From assembly GCA_963833985.1 (NCBI GenBank), contig CAWIAD010000002.1:256001-320000 (forward strand): a stretch of DNA of 64,000 nucleotides. Reading direction: 5' to 3'. This DNA is from an uncultured Planctomycetaceae bacterium (GTDB lineage Bacteria; Planctomycetota; Planctomycetia; Isosphaerales; Isosphaeraceae). Under the pieces are notes generated by a model, which saw nothing but the letters and a program-made list of their open reading frames with translations, did not search any database and was not told the origin of the DNA. Positions within the stretch are counted from its first letter, which is position 1; every line of letters starts with the position of its first letter. Below are positions 19,695-28,821 of this stretch, piece after piece. Both the position numbers and the translations under genes were made by a program.

Positions 19695-21605
19695 TTACCG
19701 GAGGGGACGACCGCCGGGTCCGTCGCCTGCGCGGGCGTTCGGGTCCAGGCCAATGATCCGGCTGCGCGGGCGGCTGCGATCCACGATCACGGGCGCGGAG
19801 TCGGTCGTCTCCGCGCCGCCGCGGTGGCCGACGGAGTCAACCGCCTCGACGCGGATATGAAACCGGGCCGGGAAGCTCGGCGGAACCGTCCAGATGTACT
19901 GGCCCATGTTCTCCTGCGTGTCGATGATTGGCTGCCAGGCCGACCCGGGCTGGTCGGGACGCCACATGAGCGCGACCGAGCGCGGCGCAAGGTGAAGATC
20001 GCTGGCGCGCCAGGTGATTGCCACCTTGCCGGTGTGCGGCCCCGTACCGATCTGGGGCGGGTAGAGTTGCACCGACGGCGGTGTCGTATCGACTTCAACC
20101 CATGTCTGGGGAGGGTCCCCGGGGGCAGGCGGCTGATCGCCAAGGCCCGAGGCGGAGCGTGCAACCAGGCTCAGGCCATAAGTCCCTTCACCACTCAGGT
20201 CCACGTCGAATGGTGAGACCCGGTCGGGGTCCTCGCCGCGGCGGATCCAGGTCCGGCCGCCGTCCTGCGTGAGCCACAGTTCCACGACTGCCGGGCCGTC
20301 GGGTCCGGCATCCTCGATGGCATATTGAAGCTTAAACCGAGGGCTGGGGACCAGCATCGAGCGATTGCCTCCGGCGCTCACGCCGCCCGGTGCGGGACTG
20401 GCTCCCGGTCCCCCCCCCGCGAAGCCATTGGCTCCCCCCGCGCTGTTCGCGACCGGGAAGGGATTGGAGAACGCCGGCGGCAGCGCCGCGAACGAGCCGG
20501 CGGTTGCCGGGCCGCCGGGCCGCTGGTTTCCCGCCGTCGAGGTTTCGTCCCCACGCTGCCACTCGTAAGGTGTGGGTGAGGGGCGCGCGGCTGCCGCCGA
20601 TGGGGCCTCGGTGGCGCGTGGGCGGCGTGCGAGGGTGCGCTTCGGCGCCTGCGCCCGGGCACTGGCGTTCGAGGCTGAGCCCGGATCTTCCTGCACTGCC
20701 GGGAAGCCCGGTCCCGCGGCGATGGCGGAGCTGGGGTCAGAGATGCGCTCGACGGCGGGCGGTACCGCGCCGGCGTCGGCATTCGCGAAGTCACTCTCTC
20801 CTGCCGCGCCTTCGGCCATCACGAGCTCGGCGTCCACCAGGTTCCCTGCCTTGTCGGCCACCGAGGCGCGCACCCGCAGGGGGTCGGCTGTGCCGGCATC
20901 CCAGCGCTGGGCACCGAGCAAGGCGGATCGGCGGATGGGAACGGTTCGCCAGGACTTTGCGCCGTCCACCTGGTACTCGAGCAGCAGCGACTTCAGGTCG
21001 AGATGCTCGTCCTTCACTTCCCAGCGGACGCCGGCCACACTCCCTCGCCGCCCGTCGGGCTCGAGCACGATCGACGGCGGCAGGGTGTCCACAACGACCT
21101 TCATGCTTGGCTCGACCGTCTGGTCCATGGGGGGCGAGTACTCGTCGTTGAGCGTGACCGTACGGGTAGCGAACCAGAACTCGCCATCATGCGAGGTGCG
21201 GAAAGTGAACTTGCCCAGCTCCGGGGTGGTCTTGCTCTTGGGTTCCCAGTGAAAGCCGGAGTCCTCAGAGACCCAGAGCTGGATCTCCTTGAGCCGCGCC
21301 CGGCCTTCGGCGTCGATGTGGAACGGGATCCGGAACGAACGCTTCTTCTGGTAAATCAAAGGGACCTTGGCGGCCTGCGGGCGTGATGGAGGGTCGGCCG
21401 CACGGCTCGGATCGGCCCGGAAAGTCATGGCGAAGCCAAGCGCAAGGACGCTCGCGGCCAGAGCCTTCAGGCTCCAACCACCGCGACTTCCCTGCGCTCG
21501 ACAACTCGTTCGCCACACGAGACTGTTCTCCCTACCCGAGATGCCGACATCAGGCCGGCCCCAGACCTCCGCCCCGCCTCGCTGACTCGCTGGCGATGGC
21601 ATCAC
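19695..21605 (-). CDS. Exported hypothetical protein with duplicated Ig-like modules and a low-complexity linker
   Basis: Two similar modules (LWVSEDSGFHW..VDTLPP and LWLTQDGGRTW..VDTTPP) and a hydrophobic N-terminal segment. Start uncertain. Confidence 0.7.
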   Translation of the reverse strand: MMPSPASQRGGAEVWGRPDVGISGRENSLVWRTSCRAQGSRGGWSLKALAASVLALGFAMTFRADPSRAADPPSRPQAAKVPLIYQKKRSFRIPFHIDAEGRARLKEIQLWVSEDSGFHWEPKSKTTPELGKFTFRTSHDGEFWFATRTVTLNDEYSPPMDQTVEPSMKVVVDTLPPSIVLEPDGRRGSVAGVRWEVKDEHLDLKSLLLEYQVDGAKSWRTVPIRRSALLGAQRWDAGTADPLRVRASVADKAGNLVDAELVMAEGAAGESDFANADAGAVPPAVERISDPSSAIAAGPGFPAVQEDPGSASNASARAQAPKRTLARRPRATEAPSAAAARPSPTPYEWQRGDETSTAGNQRPGGPATAGSFAALPPAFSNPFPVANSAGGANGFAGGGPGASPAPGGVSAGGNRSMLVPSPRFKLQYAIEDAGPDGPAVVELWLTQDGGRTWIRRGEDPDRVSPFDVDLSGEGTYGLSLVARSASGLGDQPPAPGDPPQTWVEVDTTPPSVQLYPPQIGTGPHTGKVAITWRASDLHLAPRSVALMWRPDQPGSAWQPIIDTQENMGQYIWTVPPSFPARFHIRVEAVDSVGHRGGAETTDSAPVIVDRSRPRSRIIGLDPNARAGDGPGGRPLR

Positions 21606-21792
21606 CTTGCAGAAAGGACCAGGTCCGGGCGCGGACCCGAGCTTATGCCTTGTTTATCGACCCGTGCTGCGGCTCAGCTTGAAACGATTCCGCGGAAGAA
21701 TCCGGTGACGCGGGAAGTTCCGGCGGAATTGATCGCACCAGGCAAAATGGGCAAAATAAGAGAAGACCGATTGAGACTGGTGCAACAGATGT

Positions 21793-22443
21793 TTAGTGGA
21801 GCTCACGCGTCCTGGCGATGATCGCGGCGAACTGGCGGGCCAGCTCGCGGATGTGGGCAAAATCGCCTGCGGCGATGGCTTTTGCCTCCACCAGCGCACC
21901 GCCGACGCCCAGGCAAGAGGCGCCCGCTTTGAGAAAGGCTTCGGCCGTGCTGAGATCCACTCCCCCGGTGGGCATGAGCCGCACCTGGGGCAAGGGCCCG
22001 CGAAGTGCGCGAAGATAGTTTGGGCCGCCCACGTCGGACGGGAAGATCTTGACGATATCGGCGCCGGCCTCCCACGCGGTCACAACCTCGGTGGGAGTGA
22101 ACGCCCCGGGCATGACAGCCTTGTCGTAGCGGCGACAGAGCCGGATGACCTCCAGATTCACGATCGGCGAGACGATGTACTCCGCACCGGCAAGCAAGGC
22201 CGCGCGGGCGGTCTCGGGATCGAGCACCGTGCCCGCGCCCAGCACGACCGCATCGCCCACCGTGCGGCGAACTTGGCGGATCACCTCCACGGCATCGGGC
22301 ACAGTGAACGTGATCTCCGCCGCCGTGACGCCTCCCTCCGCGAGCGCCTCGACCACCTTCACCAGCGAGTCGCTCGACTCGGAACGGACGACCGCGACGA
22401 TGCCGCCCTTGAGGATTCTCTGAAGAATGGTCTCTCGATTCAT
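21793..22443 (-). CDS. eda: KHG/KDPG aldolase
   Basis: AEITFT, GAGTVLD, PGAFTPTE, VKIFP and MPTGGV. Confidence 0.93.
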   Translation of the reverse strand: MNRETILQRILKGGIVAVVRSESSDSLVKVVEALAEGGVTAAEITFTVPDAVEVIRQVRRTVGDAVVLGAGTVLDPETARAALLAGAEYIVSPIVNLEVIRLCRRYDKAVMPGAFTPTEVVTAWEAGADIVKIFPSDVGGPNYLRALRGPLPQVRLMPTGGVDLSTAEAFLKAGASCLGVGGALVEAKAIAAGDFAHIRELARQFAAIIARTRELH

Positions 22444-22526
22444 GGGAACCGCCTCGAGGAATGGTGTGAGTGGACCAGGTTTTCGATCCGGACACCGGCG
22501 TCACCGCAATGCCTGCCAGATCTTCC

Positions 22527-23807
22527 TCAGAAGAGCCTGCCCGTGGCGGCGCCCGGCTGCACGAAGGTCTCGAGCAAGCCGGCCAGTTCCGGGGCGCTGG
22601 GGATCTCCTTGAAACGGAGGATCGGCCCGGACAGCTCGTCGAGTGCGGCTTCGTCCACCTTGAGCTTCTCGGAGATCACCAGAATGTACCGGGGCGGGCC
22701 GAGCCGGGGCAGCAGCTGAAGCAAGCGATCCAGGCTCGATTTCTTCCAGAAGCCAAGCACCTCCACGAAGACGTCGGTCCCGCTGGCCCTGTGCACCGCG
22801 CGATAATCGGGCACCCAGACGCCCTCGCGGCCCAGCTCGAGCACCTCGGTGGATTCGCTCAGCTCCCAGGCCGGGGCGACCTGGCGGAACCGCTCAACGA
22901 AGGCCGGGATCTCGGCGGGAACGTAAACCCCGGAATCGAGCTGGTGCGTGTGCAGCCCGGCGCTCGGGTCCAGGTGGAAGCTTCGCGGCTCGCGCCGTGG
23001 GCCCCAGCGCAGCTCGGCATCGAGGCGAAAATCGTGGCAATGCAGCAAGGCCGGCACGAACAGCGCCATTTGCAGACCGTACTTCGTCGTGGCGCTGAAG
23101 AGGCTCAAGGGTCCGTCGATGTGAATGGTGTAGCCGTCGGCCATGGAGCCGAGCACGCGGTACACCAGGCGATGAAACTTGAGCCGGCGAAAGAGCTGGC
23201 GATAGCGCGCGGGACCCTCGCTCCGAACTTCCGCGTCCACCCGCACCGAGCGCAGCAGCACTGCCTGGGCCAGCGCCACGTTGTAGCGATCGACGAGCCG
23301 CTGGGCCGTCATGTCCTGGAACTTCAGCAAACGGTTCTCATCGCGGAGATCGGCGAAGAGTGCACTGATCAGCGTTTCCGCCGGCAGCTTGAGCTCGCGG
23401 GCGACGGCGTCCAGCACCTCCTCGCGGCGAAACGCGGGCCGCGCCGCAAGCTTGACCCCGCTGTCCTGTGCGGGGCGAGCCGCGCGTAACTGCCTGCGCG
23501 CTTCGGCGGCGGCGGTGAAGACCTTCTCGCGCACCTGCTCTGGAGGCACGTCGGCGACGATCTCGAACTCGGCGAGATCTTCCAGCACCTTGGCGATACC
23601 GCGATGCACAAGTGTCGCCTTGCCACCGCCGCCGAACAGGTCGTCGATCTCCTCCTCGATCTCACCGCGGCTCATCCCCACGCCTTCGCGGAAGATGGCC
23701 AGCAAGCTCTCGGCCGCCTCCAGCCATTGCGGGCTATTGCGGTTGAGATAGAGCGGAATGATCCGCTCCTTGGAGGTCCGGACACGAACGAGATCACCGG
23801 TGAGCAT
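22527..23807 (-). CDS. DUF790 family (Bax1-like) PD-(D/E)XK nuclease
   Basis: MLTGDLVRVR start, RYNVALAQAVLL, DGPLSLF...KYG and WVPDY...VFVEVLGFW. Confidence 0.88.
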   Translation of the reverse strand: MLTGDLVRVRTSKERIIPLYLNRNSPQWLEAAESLLAIFREGVGMSRGEIEEEIDDLFGGGGKATLVHRGIAKVLEDLAEFEIVADVPPEQVREKVFTAAAEARRQLRAARPAQDSGVKLAARPAFRREEVLDAVARELKLPAETLISALFADLRDENRLLKFQDMTAQRLVDRYNVALAQAVLLRSVRVDAEVRSEGPARYRQLFRRLKFHRLVYRVLGSMADGYTIHIDGPLSLFSATTKYGLQMALFVPALLHCHDFRLDAELRWGPRREPRSFHLDPSAGLHTHQLDSGVYVPAEIPAFVERFRQVAPAWELSESTEVLELGREGVWVPDYRAVHRASGTDVFVEVLGFWKKSSLDRLLQLLPRLGPPRYILVISEKLKVDEAALDELSGPILRFKEIPSAPELAGLLETFVQPGAATGRLF

Positions 23808-23817
23808 CAAATACCTC
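23792..23817. repeat. 26-bp degenerate direct repeat, copy 1 (DUF790 RBS and start)
   Basis: Minus strand GAGGTATTTGATGCTCACCGGTGATC; 22/26 identical to 32499-32524. Confidence 0.65.
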
Positions 23818-24028
23818 ACACGACGGCTTGCAACTGGGCCCCGAGTGCTCTGAGCCCCTTTCATTCTCACACAGAGAGACTCTGCCGGTCTGCCCCGAAC
23901 TTCCCCGGGTCACGAGCGTTGCGGCGTACGGACTGGAAATGGCACCGCGACGAACACTCTGTTCGCCGCAGGCGAGCGCGTCGCTCCGCGGCTTCATCAT
24001 CTCCGGGTCCGGCCAGCGGGGCATTGCT

Positions 24029-24690
24029 TCAGAGGGGATGAGCCTGGTCTGGATCTCGTTGCCGTCCACGGTCTCCGCGGCGAGACGAAAGATGGCGGCC
24101 GAGAAGCGGGTAAAACTTCCCCGTCCGCAATGCATAGGCCCGATACTCGTCGCCGAACCTTTCGGCCAGCTTCTCCTCCTCGATCCGCGTGCGATTGACC
24201 AGCATACCCATCGCAGCAACGCCCAGGATGAACAGAAGCCAGTTCGCAGTCAGCAGGGTCAGCGAGAGCCCCCAGAAGAAGATGGTGACATAAAAGGGAT
24301 GACGCACCCAGCGGTAGGGGCCGTGAGTCACCAGGATATGCTCGCGGCGGGTGACCACCGTGTCAGTGAGGTTTTTCCCCAAGCAGTGAAATGTCCAGAA
24401 CAGAAGTGGCGGCACGAGGAGAAGGCCGAGAGGCGCACCTGTCCAGCGGAGCCACGTGGGCAGTCCCAGACAGGTTCCTGACACCCAGGCCGGATGGATC
24501 AGGTAGGCGGCAAGAAAGCCCCAGGCCAGAACGCCGCATGCCCGCAGGCCGACCATGACGAAAACACCTTCTTCGCCACGGGCCAACTTCTCACCGCTTG
24601 CTTGCGACCTGATTCGGTGATAAAGGCCAATCGGCAGACAGAGCACAGGTTGGCGATCAGAACCGCCCGAAAAGTCGATTCGGTGGCCAT
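24029..24690 (-). CDS. Isoprenylcysteine carboxylmethyltransferase (ICMT/PEMT) family membrane protein (frameshift near 24645)
   Basis: LGKNL, LVTHGPYRWVRHPFY and EEEKLAERFGDEYRAY. The N-terminal MATESTFR is in another frame. Confidence 0.85.
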
Positions 24691-25032
24691 TTGAGTGATT
24701 TGATCCGAACGTTCCTCTGGATTGTCTCAACGCGAGCTACCATTCCGAGCCCCAGATGCCACGCGCAAACGCAGGCAATCTTCTGAATCCACCAGATCCC
24801 ATCCATTATTCCATGCGGCGTCCGAGTGTCACTGCGCATCCGCAGATGAGCCGGACTTCAGGAAGTCGATCGTCAGCTTCGAGCACCACCCTGTCTGGTC
24901 GAGCCGTGAATTGTTCTTTCTGAGCAAACGAGCCCCTGCCTGCTACAGATTTGCTGTTTACTTGCAGCACCACGAGATCTTTGCGGCTCCGTATTGCTGG
25001 CCCGCCTGGAGTTGTCGACATGATCATAGGCA

Positions 25033-25066
25033 GAGAGGCGGCCCCACCTTTCAGGGGCCGCCTCTC
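25033..25066. terminator. Perfect 13-bp GC-rich stem-loop
   Basis: GAGAGGCGGCCCC-8 nt loop-GGGGCCGCCTCTC downstream of the 25184-26050 gene. No clear U-tract. Confidence 0.4.
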
Positions 25067-25183
25067 CGTTGCGAAGTCGGGCGCTCGGGCATCTGCCAGG
25101 ATGCAAGCGACAACCGAGTCTCAGATCAGATTCCTCGAGGGCCACCCGTCCTGACCTCGCGGGAAGTGAAGTGAAAACGCGTC

Positions 25184-26050
25184 TCAGTGGACAGGCACGC
25201 CAATGTAGCCATGAGTCACTCCGCCAGAGTCTACGAACGACCCGACGATTTCCTCTGGCTCGTTGACGGAGAAGACGCCGGTAGTGGACTCGCCGGGCAC
25301 CTCGACCGTCGAGTAGACGCCGTGCCACAACACGAACCCATGTTGATTGCCATCCGCATCAACAGAGAGTCCGACGATCTCGCCGCGGTTGTTGATTCCC
25401 TCGGCTACCGTCAGCAGGGCATCAGGGACGTCGAGTGTCGTATAGACGCCCTTGCTCTGCACGAACCCGTGGCGGTTGCCTGCGCCATCCACGTAGGTGC
25501 CTACGACGTCTCCTCGGTTGTTGATCCCGAAGCCTCCGGTCCCAGACGGTGCCGCCGAGCCGGGCGCGTCGAACGTTGTGAAGACTCCCTTGCTCCACAC
25601 AAAGCCGTGACGCGTCTGGCTGGCATCGCGATAGACTCCCACCACCTCGCCGTGCGCGTTGAGGAACTCAGCCTGGGTGTGAACCGAGCCGGGCGGGTCG
25701 AGCGTGGTGAGAACGCCCTTCTTGCTCCGGAAGTAGCCGTGGTAATTGCCTTCGGCATCAATGGTGATTCCTGAGATCTCGCCGCTGGCGTTGATCCCGT
25801 TGACGCTGGTAAATACCGCGCCGGGTACATCGATCTGGGTGAAGTCGCTATGGTTCAACACGAAGCCATGCGTATTGCCGCTGGCATCATCGAACTCTCC
25901 CGCAATCGCGTGCGGACTATTCCCGTTGACTGAGGTCCGGGTCGAGCCCGGCACGTCGTACGTGGTAAAGCTGTACTGTGCCTTCGCCGGCCCCGGAAAA
26001 GCCAGTGAGAGGCCCATCGCCACGGTCGCGAACAGACTTTGAGTCGTCAT
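25184..26050 (-). CDS. Secreted HAF-like repeat (probable beta-propeller) protein
   Basis: Signal peptide and about six repeats of GINxxGEIVGxxxDxxGxxHGFVxxxGxxTTLDxPG. Confidence 0.85.
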   Translation of the reverse strand: MTTQSLFATVAMGLSLAFPGPAKAQYSFTTYDVPGSTRTSVNGNSPHAIAGEFDDASGNTHGFVLNHSDFTQIDVPGAVFTSVNGINASGEISGITIDAEGNYHGYFRSKKGVLTTLDPPGSVHTQAEFLNAHGEVVGVYRDASQTRHGFVWSKGVFTTFDAPGSAAPSGTGGFGINNRGDVVGTYVDGAGNRHGFVQSKGVYTTLDVPDALLTVAEGINNRGEIVGLSVDADGNQHGFVLWHGVYSTVEVPGESTTGVFSVNEPEEIVGSFVDSGGVTHGYIGVPVH

Positions 26051-26298
26051 CGGTGCACTCCTTCGTTGGGCGGTCGTTGCCGGGAGACAAGGGAAACGCT
26101 CCCACGTCCTGGCCGGCGTGTCGGTTTCGTGAGTCGCTCGATTCGTCGGCAGTCTCCTGGATGGGCCCTCCGGATCTGCATTGCCAGGAACCCGGCTCTC
26201 ACCGACGGCGCGCAGACCGGGCGCCCGGGTCGTGAGGGCACTGCTCGAAGGCAGAACTTCACTGGCACTACTGGTTGCTTCCGACGGCTATCGGGGTA

Positions 26299-26520
26299 TT
26301 ACTGGTCCGGGTTCCGGTCCCAACGTTTCGAGTCCCCGATTCTTATTTCGCCCTTGCTACGGTAGCCGCTGGAGGACGCAAGGCGTTTGCCGTCCTGGCT
26401 GAATGCCACTCTGAAGATGTAGCCCACGTGTCCGCTCAGAGTTGCGATCGATTCCCCTGTTGCTGTATTCCAGATGCGGACAGTGTTGTCCCAGCTCGAC
26501 AGCCCGCCGGCAAGGAGACT
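26299..26520 (-). pseudogene. Orphan WD40 C-terminal fragment
   Basis: SSWDNTVRIWNTATGESIATLSGHVGYIFRVAFSQDGKRLAS with no credible upstream coding part. Confidence 0.65.
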
Positions 26521-26780
26521 TCGACGGGTGGATCCGCCGATGTGTTTCACAATTATTCCTGATTCCTTTTGAGCGGCTTCCTGCCTCGGCTGCACGAATG
26601 TGGAGAGCCCGGAGAGTTTCGGGATAAGCTTGATCTGAAGCTCAGGCTCGCTTTCTCGAGGCAGGTCGGCGTGACAATGATCCCCTTGCTTCAACGAGTA
26701 ATGCGCCAGCGCTGGTGACATGTAAGGCGACGCCTTGGTCTCGAATGAAGCAAAGGGATTGCAGCTCTTGAGCAACGCCG

Positions 26781-27734
26781 TCATGAAAACAGATCGACCA
26801 CGGAGATGAACGCGAGCGTGGACGACATTTGAAACTTACAGAAGCTGCCGACGGGATCGCCGAAGGTTCCCAGAACCTCGCCTGATTGGTCGGCATGGCC
26901 CCACAGCCATACCCAGACCTGATACGTTTCGCCGGGAACCATGATCAGAGGGACTCCTTCTCCATTCGGCATGTACGAGGTGATGCGAGCCGATCCGTCA
27001 ATATGTGTCCATGGGTCTCCCTGCCCGGTGCGATCCCACATTTCAGGGCTCTGGCTGGGAACGACCTGGGTCCCCCCCTCATAGACCACGTAACCAAACC
27101 CGCCACGCGTGTTCGTGTTGTACAGATACGAGTAGAAATCGTATGAAAAGTCACATTGCATGAACGGCTGGATTCTCACCGTCCTGGCCACAGGGGAGCT
27201 GAGAAACAGGCTGAAGCCCGCCGCACCGAAGCCGCTTGCCGAATCATTGCTGCCGAGACATGACACGGCCATCGTGCTCTCGGTGTCCGTGAAACCCTGC
27301 ACGAACTGCGTTTCGTCATTCGGAACATTCCAGTGCGTGTCCCACGGCGGAACGAAAATATTCGTGCCCGGATTCACGTTCGCGAACTTCGTAATGCTTG
27401 AATCGAGGAAGCTGGCATGATCATGATCAAATGGATTCTGGCTCGCCTGCGCCGCATTCTGCGCAGTGCGAAGAGCGGCGAACCTCGCCGCACCAGACTT
27501 GTCCTTCTTGAGCGCTTCCAGCGACGGCGTCAGCAGCTCATTGGCTAGTCCGTTGGCCAGCTTGACCCTCTCGAGTCTCTCTCGGAGGTCGGCCGAGACG
27601 TGGCTGATGATCTGCTTCCTGGAGGACGACACAAGTTCCGGAGTCGGCACGACACGATGCACGCGGTTCCTGGCCGCGTTGATCATGGCCTGGCTTCTCT
27701 CTTCGGACCTGGACATCGTTGCAGTAGTACTCAT
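26781..27734 (-). CDS. Hypothetical protein (helical N-terminus, aromatic beta-rich C-terminus)
   Basis: Long ORF with protein-like composition and an AAGGA RBS before MSTTATMS. Confidence 0.7.
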   Translation of the reverse strand: MSTTATMSRSEERSQAMINAARNRVHRVVPTPELVSSSRKQIISHVSADLRERLERVKLANGLANELLTPSLEALKKDKSGAARFAALRTAQNAAQASQNPFDHDHASFLDSSITKFANVNPGTNIFVPPWDTHWNVPNDETQFVQGFTDTESTMAVSCLGSNDSASGFGAAGFSLFLSSPVARTVRIQPFMQCDFSYDFYSYLYNTNTRGGFGYVVYEGGTQVVPSQSPEMWDRTGQGDPWTHIDGSARITSYMPNGEGVPLIMVPGETYQVWVWLWGHADQSGEVLGTFGDPVGSFCKFQMSSTLAFISVVDLFS

Positions 27735-28139
27735 TTCAGAATCCTTTGTTCTGGCATGAACAGCAAGCGATTGTCGAAGTGACGCACTCACCCTCACACC
27801 TTGGGGAAGAAGCACAACGAACGCGACGCCTGTTGGCAGTACCATGAAGTCCTGGCTTGCCCTTTCCGGTACGCCAGGTCCTCTGGTTCCCCCTCTTTGG
27901 TGCGTTGCTCATCGAGAGGCTGGCTTGCCAGCGCGCACTCCGATCGATCAATGTGCTTCCGCGCCGTGACCTTCGTATGAGCTCGGACCCGCCACCGCTC
28001 GGCCTCGTCACCCTAATAAACGAGGCCCGCGGCTCGAACGAACAATGGGATGATAAATTGTTGCTCTTGTGCTTTCGCCGGACATCGGCTCTGGTGTATG
28101 GAAGAACGTTCACGCGCCCACTTCTCGAGGATCAGCGAC

Positions 28140-28721
28140 GTGGCGGAAGAGACACCTTTTCTGGACCTGGTGCGGAAGGTTCGTACCGGAGACGAGGCCG
28201 CCAGTGCCGAACTCGTCCGCCGCTATGAGCCCGCCATCCGGATCGCGGTGCGGGGGCGTCTGACTGATCCGAGACTGCGCCGGCTCTTTGATTCGATGGA
28301 TATCTGTCAGTCGGTCTTCGCCATCTTCTTCGTGCGGGCTACTGCCGGGGAGTTTGAGCTCGACCAGCCCGAGCGGCTGATTCAACTGCTCGCCAGGATG
28401 GCCCGCAATCGGGTTACCGACCATGCCCTGCGGCAGCGGGCGGCCCGGCGCGACTATCGCCGGACCGAGCGGACAGCCGACGATGAGAGGAAGTTCGTCG
28501 ACCCCGGCCCCAGTCCGAGCGACGAGATCTCCCGAAAAGAGTTGATTGAAGCATTTCAGAGCAGGCTGTCCACGGAGGAGCGGTACCTTGCCGACCAGCG
28601 CGCCCGGGGACGGCCCTGGGGTGAAATTGCCGCCGAGGTTGGCGGCAAGCCGGATGCCCGGCGCGTGCAACTGGAACGAGCGGTCAACCGCGTCACTCGT
28701 GAGTTGCGACTGGAAACGTGA
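28140..28721 (+). CDS. ECF sigma factor (kinase-associated type)
   Basis: GDEAASAELVRRYEP, DSMDICQSVF, region 4 GRPWGEIAAEVG; lies directly upstream of a kinase. Confidence 0.88.
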   Translation: MAEETPFLDLVRKVRTGDEAASAELVRRYEPAIRIAVRGRLTDPRLRRLFDSMDICQSVFAIFFVRATAGEFELDQPERLIQLLARMARNRVTDHALRQRAARRDYRRTERTADDERKFVDPGPSPSDEISRKELIEAFQSRLSTEERYLADQRARGRPWGEIAAEVGGKPDARRVQLERAVNRVTRELRLET

Positions 28722-28821
28722 CAGGGATTTGTTGTTCGGTTCGGCCACAAGTCTCGTTCCTGCTCATGGGGAGGCCTGCGCCAACGCCTGACGCATCGCT
28801 GTCTCCACGTGGAGCACTTAG

